DNA from: Eledone cirrhosa
Taxonomy: Eukaryota
Direction: 5' to 3'
NCBI GenBank assembly: GCA_964016885.1
Contig: OZ024762.1
Coordinates: 3,286,001-3,350,000 of the forward strand
DNA: 64,000 nt
The translations under genes and the position numbers were made by a program. Positions 63,238 through 64,000 of the stretch are shown piece after piece; position 1 is the stretch's first letter, and every line of letters begins with the position of its first letter. A model generated the notes under the pieces. It did not search any database and was not told the DNA's origin. It saw nothing but the letters and a program-made list of their open reading frames with translations.

Positions 63238-64000
63238 GTAAGTTTGGGTTTACTATCAATCATTTTTCGTTTTTTTTTTCTGCCTCTCTCTCTCTCTCTC
63301 TCTCTCGCTCTCTCTTTCTTACATTATCCTCTCTCTCTCTCTTCTCTCAATCTTTCTACCATTACCTCTTTCTTCTTTCAGTTTCTCTCTTTGTCACTTC
63401 TCTCTGTCTCTCCTCCATTACGACCCTCTCTCTCTCTCTCTCTCTCTCTCTCAGAGGTCAGTAGCTCTGACTCTGTCTGTGATGACCCGTCTATCCCATG
63501 GTAGTATGGATGGAAAAGCAAGCATCAAAGGTCTATAAGTGTAATGTGTTCTCTTGAACCACTTAAGACAATAGCTCCAGCATGGAAAAGTGGACATTAG
63601 ATGATGATGATCATCGTTTAAAGTCCATTTCCCATGCTAGCATAGGTTAGACGAGTTGTCCTGTTGTGAGACAAGTCAGGTCAGGTGACCATGTCTTGCT
63701 CATATAGAACTGATTTTGGCTTGGTTTCTATGGCTGGATGCCCTTCCTAACATCAATCACTATACAGTCTGGGCTGGGTGCGTTTTGTCATGTCACCAGC
63801 ACTACCACTTTACAGTGTGGACTGGGGGCTTTTTGTCATAATACCAACACGACAACTTCATTCCAGCAGGTCTTGTCAGAAGCAACTGTTGCCAACAGAT
63901 CTGGCTAAATACTCAAGTGAGACTAGCCGAGCTCATGGATGTTATTCGACCATCTTGCTCAAGGGTCTATCCTTGGGTCTCCTGCTGGTTGGTTTGTCCT

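Overview
AT-rich, repeat-dense eukaryotic (metazoan) genomic DNA. The KRAB-less tandem C2H2 zinc-finger genes and the SINE/LINE/MITE repertoire suggest a coleoid cephalopod such as Octopus (inference). Left to right: the last exons of an unidentified + strand gene, then a C2H2-ZNF cluster with two + strand genes (7 and 12 intact fingers) and a decayed - strand ZNF array. A ~2.5 kb endogenous parvovirus element sits inside that decayed array and encodes NS1 (HUH motif plus SF3 helicase) and a PLA2-bearing capsid gene on one strand. From ~41 kb to the window end lies the 5' part of an intron-rich VPS54 gene, with 18 coding exons joined in phase by hand. Between these are remnants of R4/Dong, CRE, RTE and Penelope-like retroelements, Merlin, Tigger and mariner DNA transposons, a TTAA-targeting MITE, tRNA-derived SINEs and several minisatellites. 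The most notable items are the parvoviral EVE with an unusual helicase/PLA2 combination, a ~735 bp near-identical inverted repeat bracketing the VPS54 start-codon exon, and a 130 bp-arm palindrome carrying two hammerhead-ribozyme-like motifs. All family assignments are from motif recognition by eye, with no database search.
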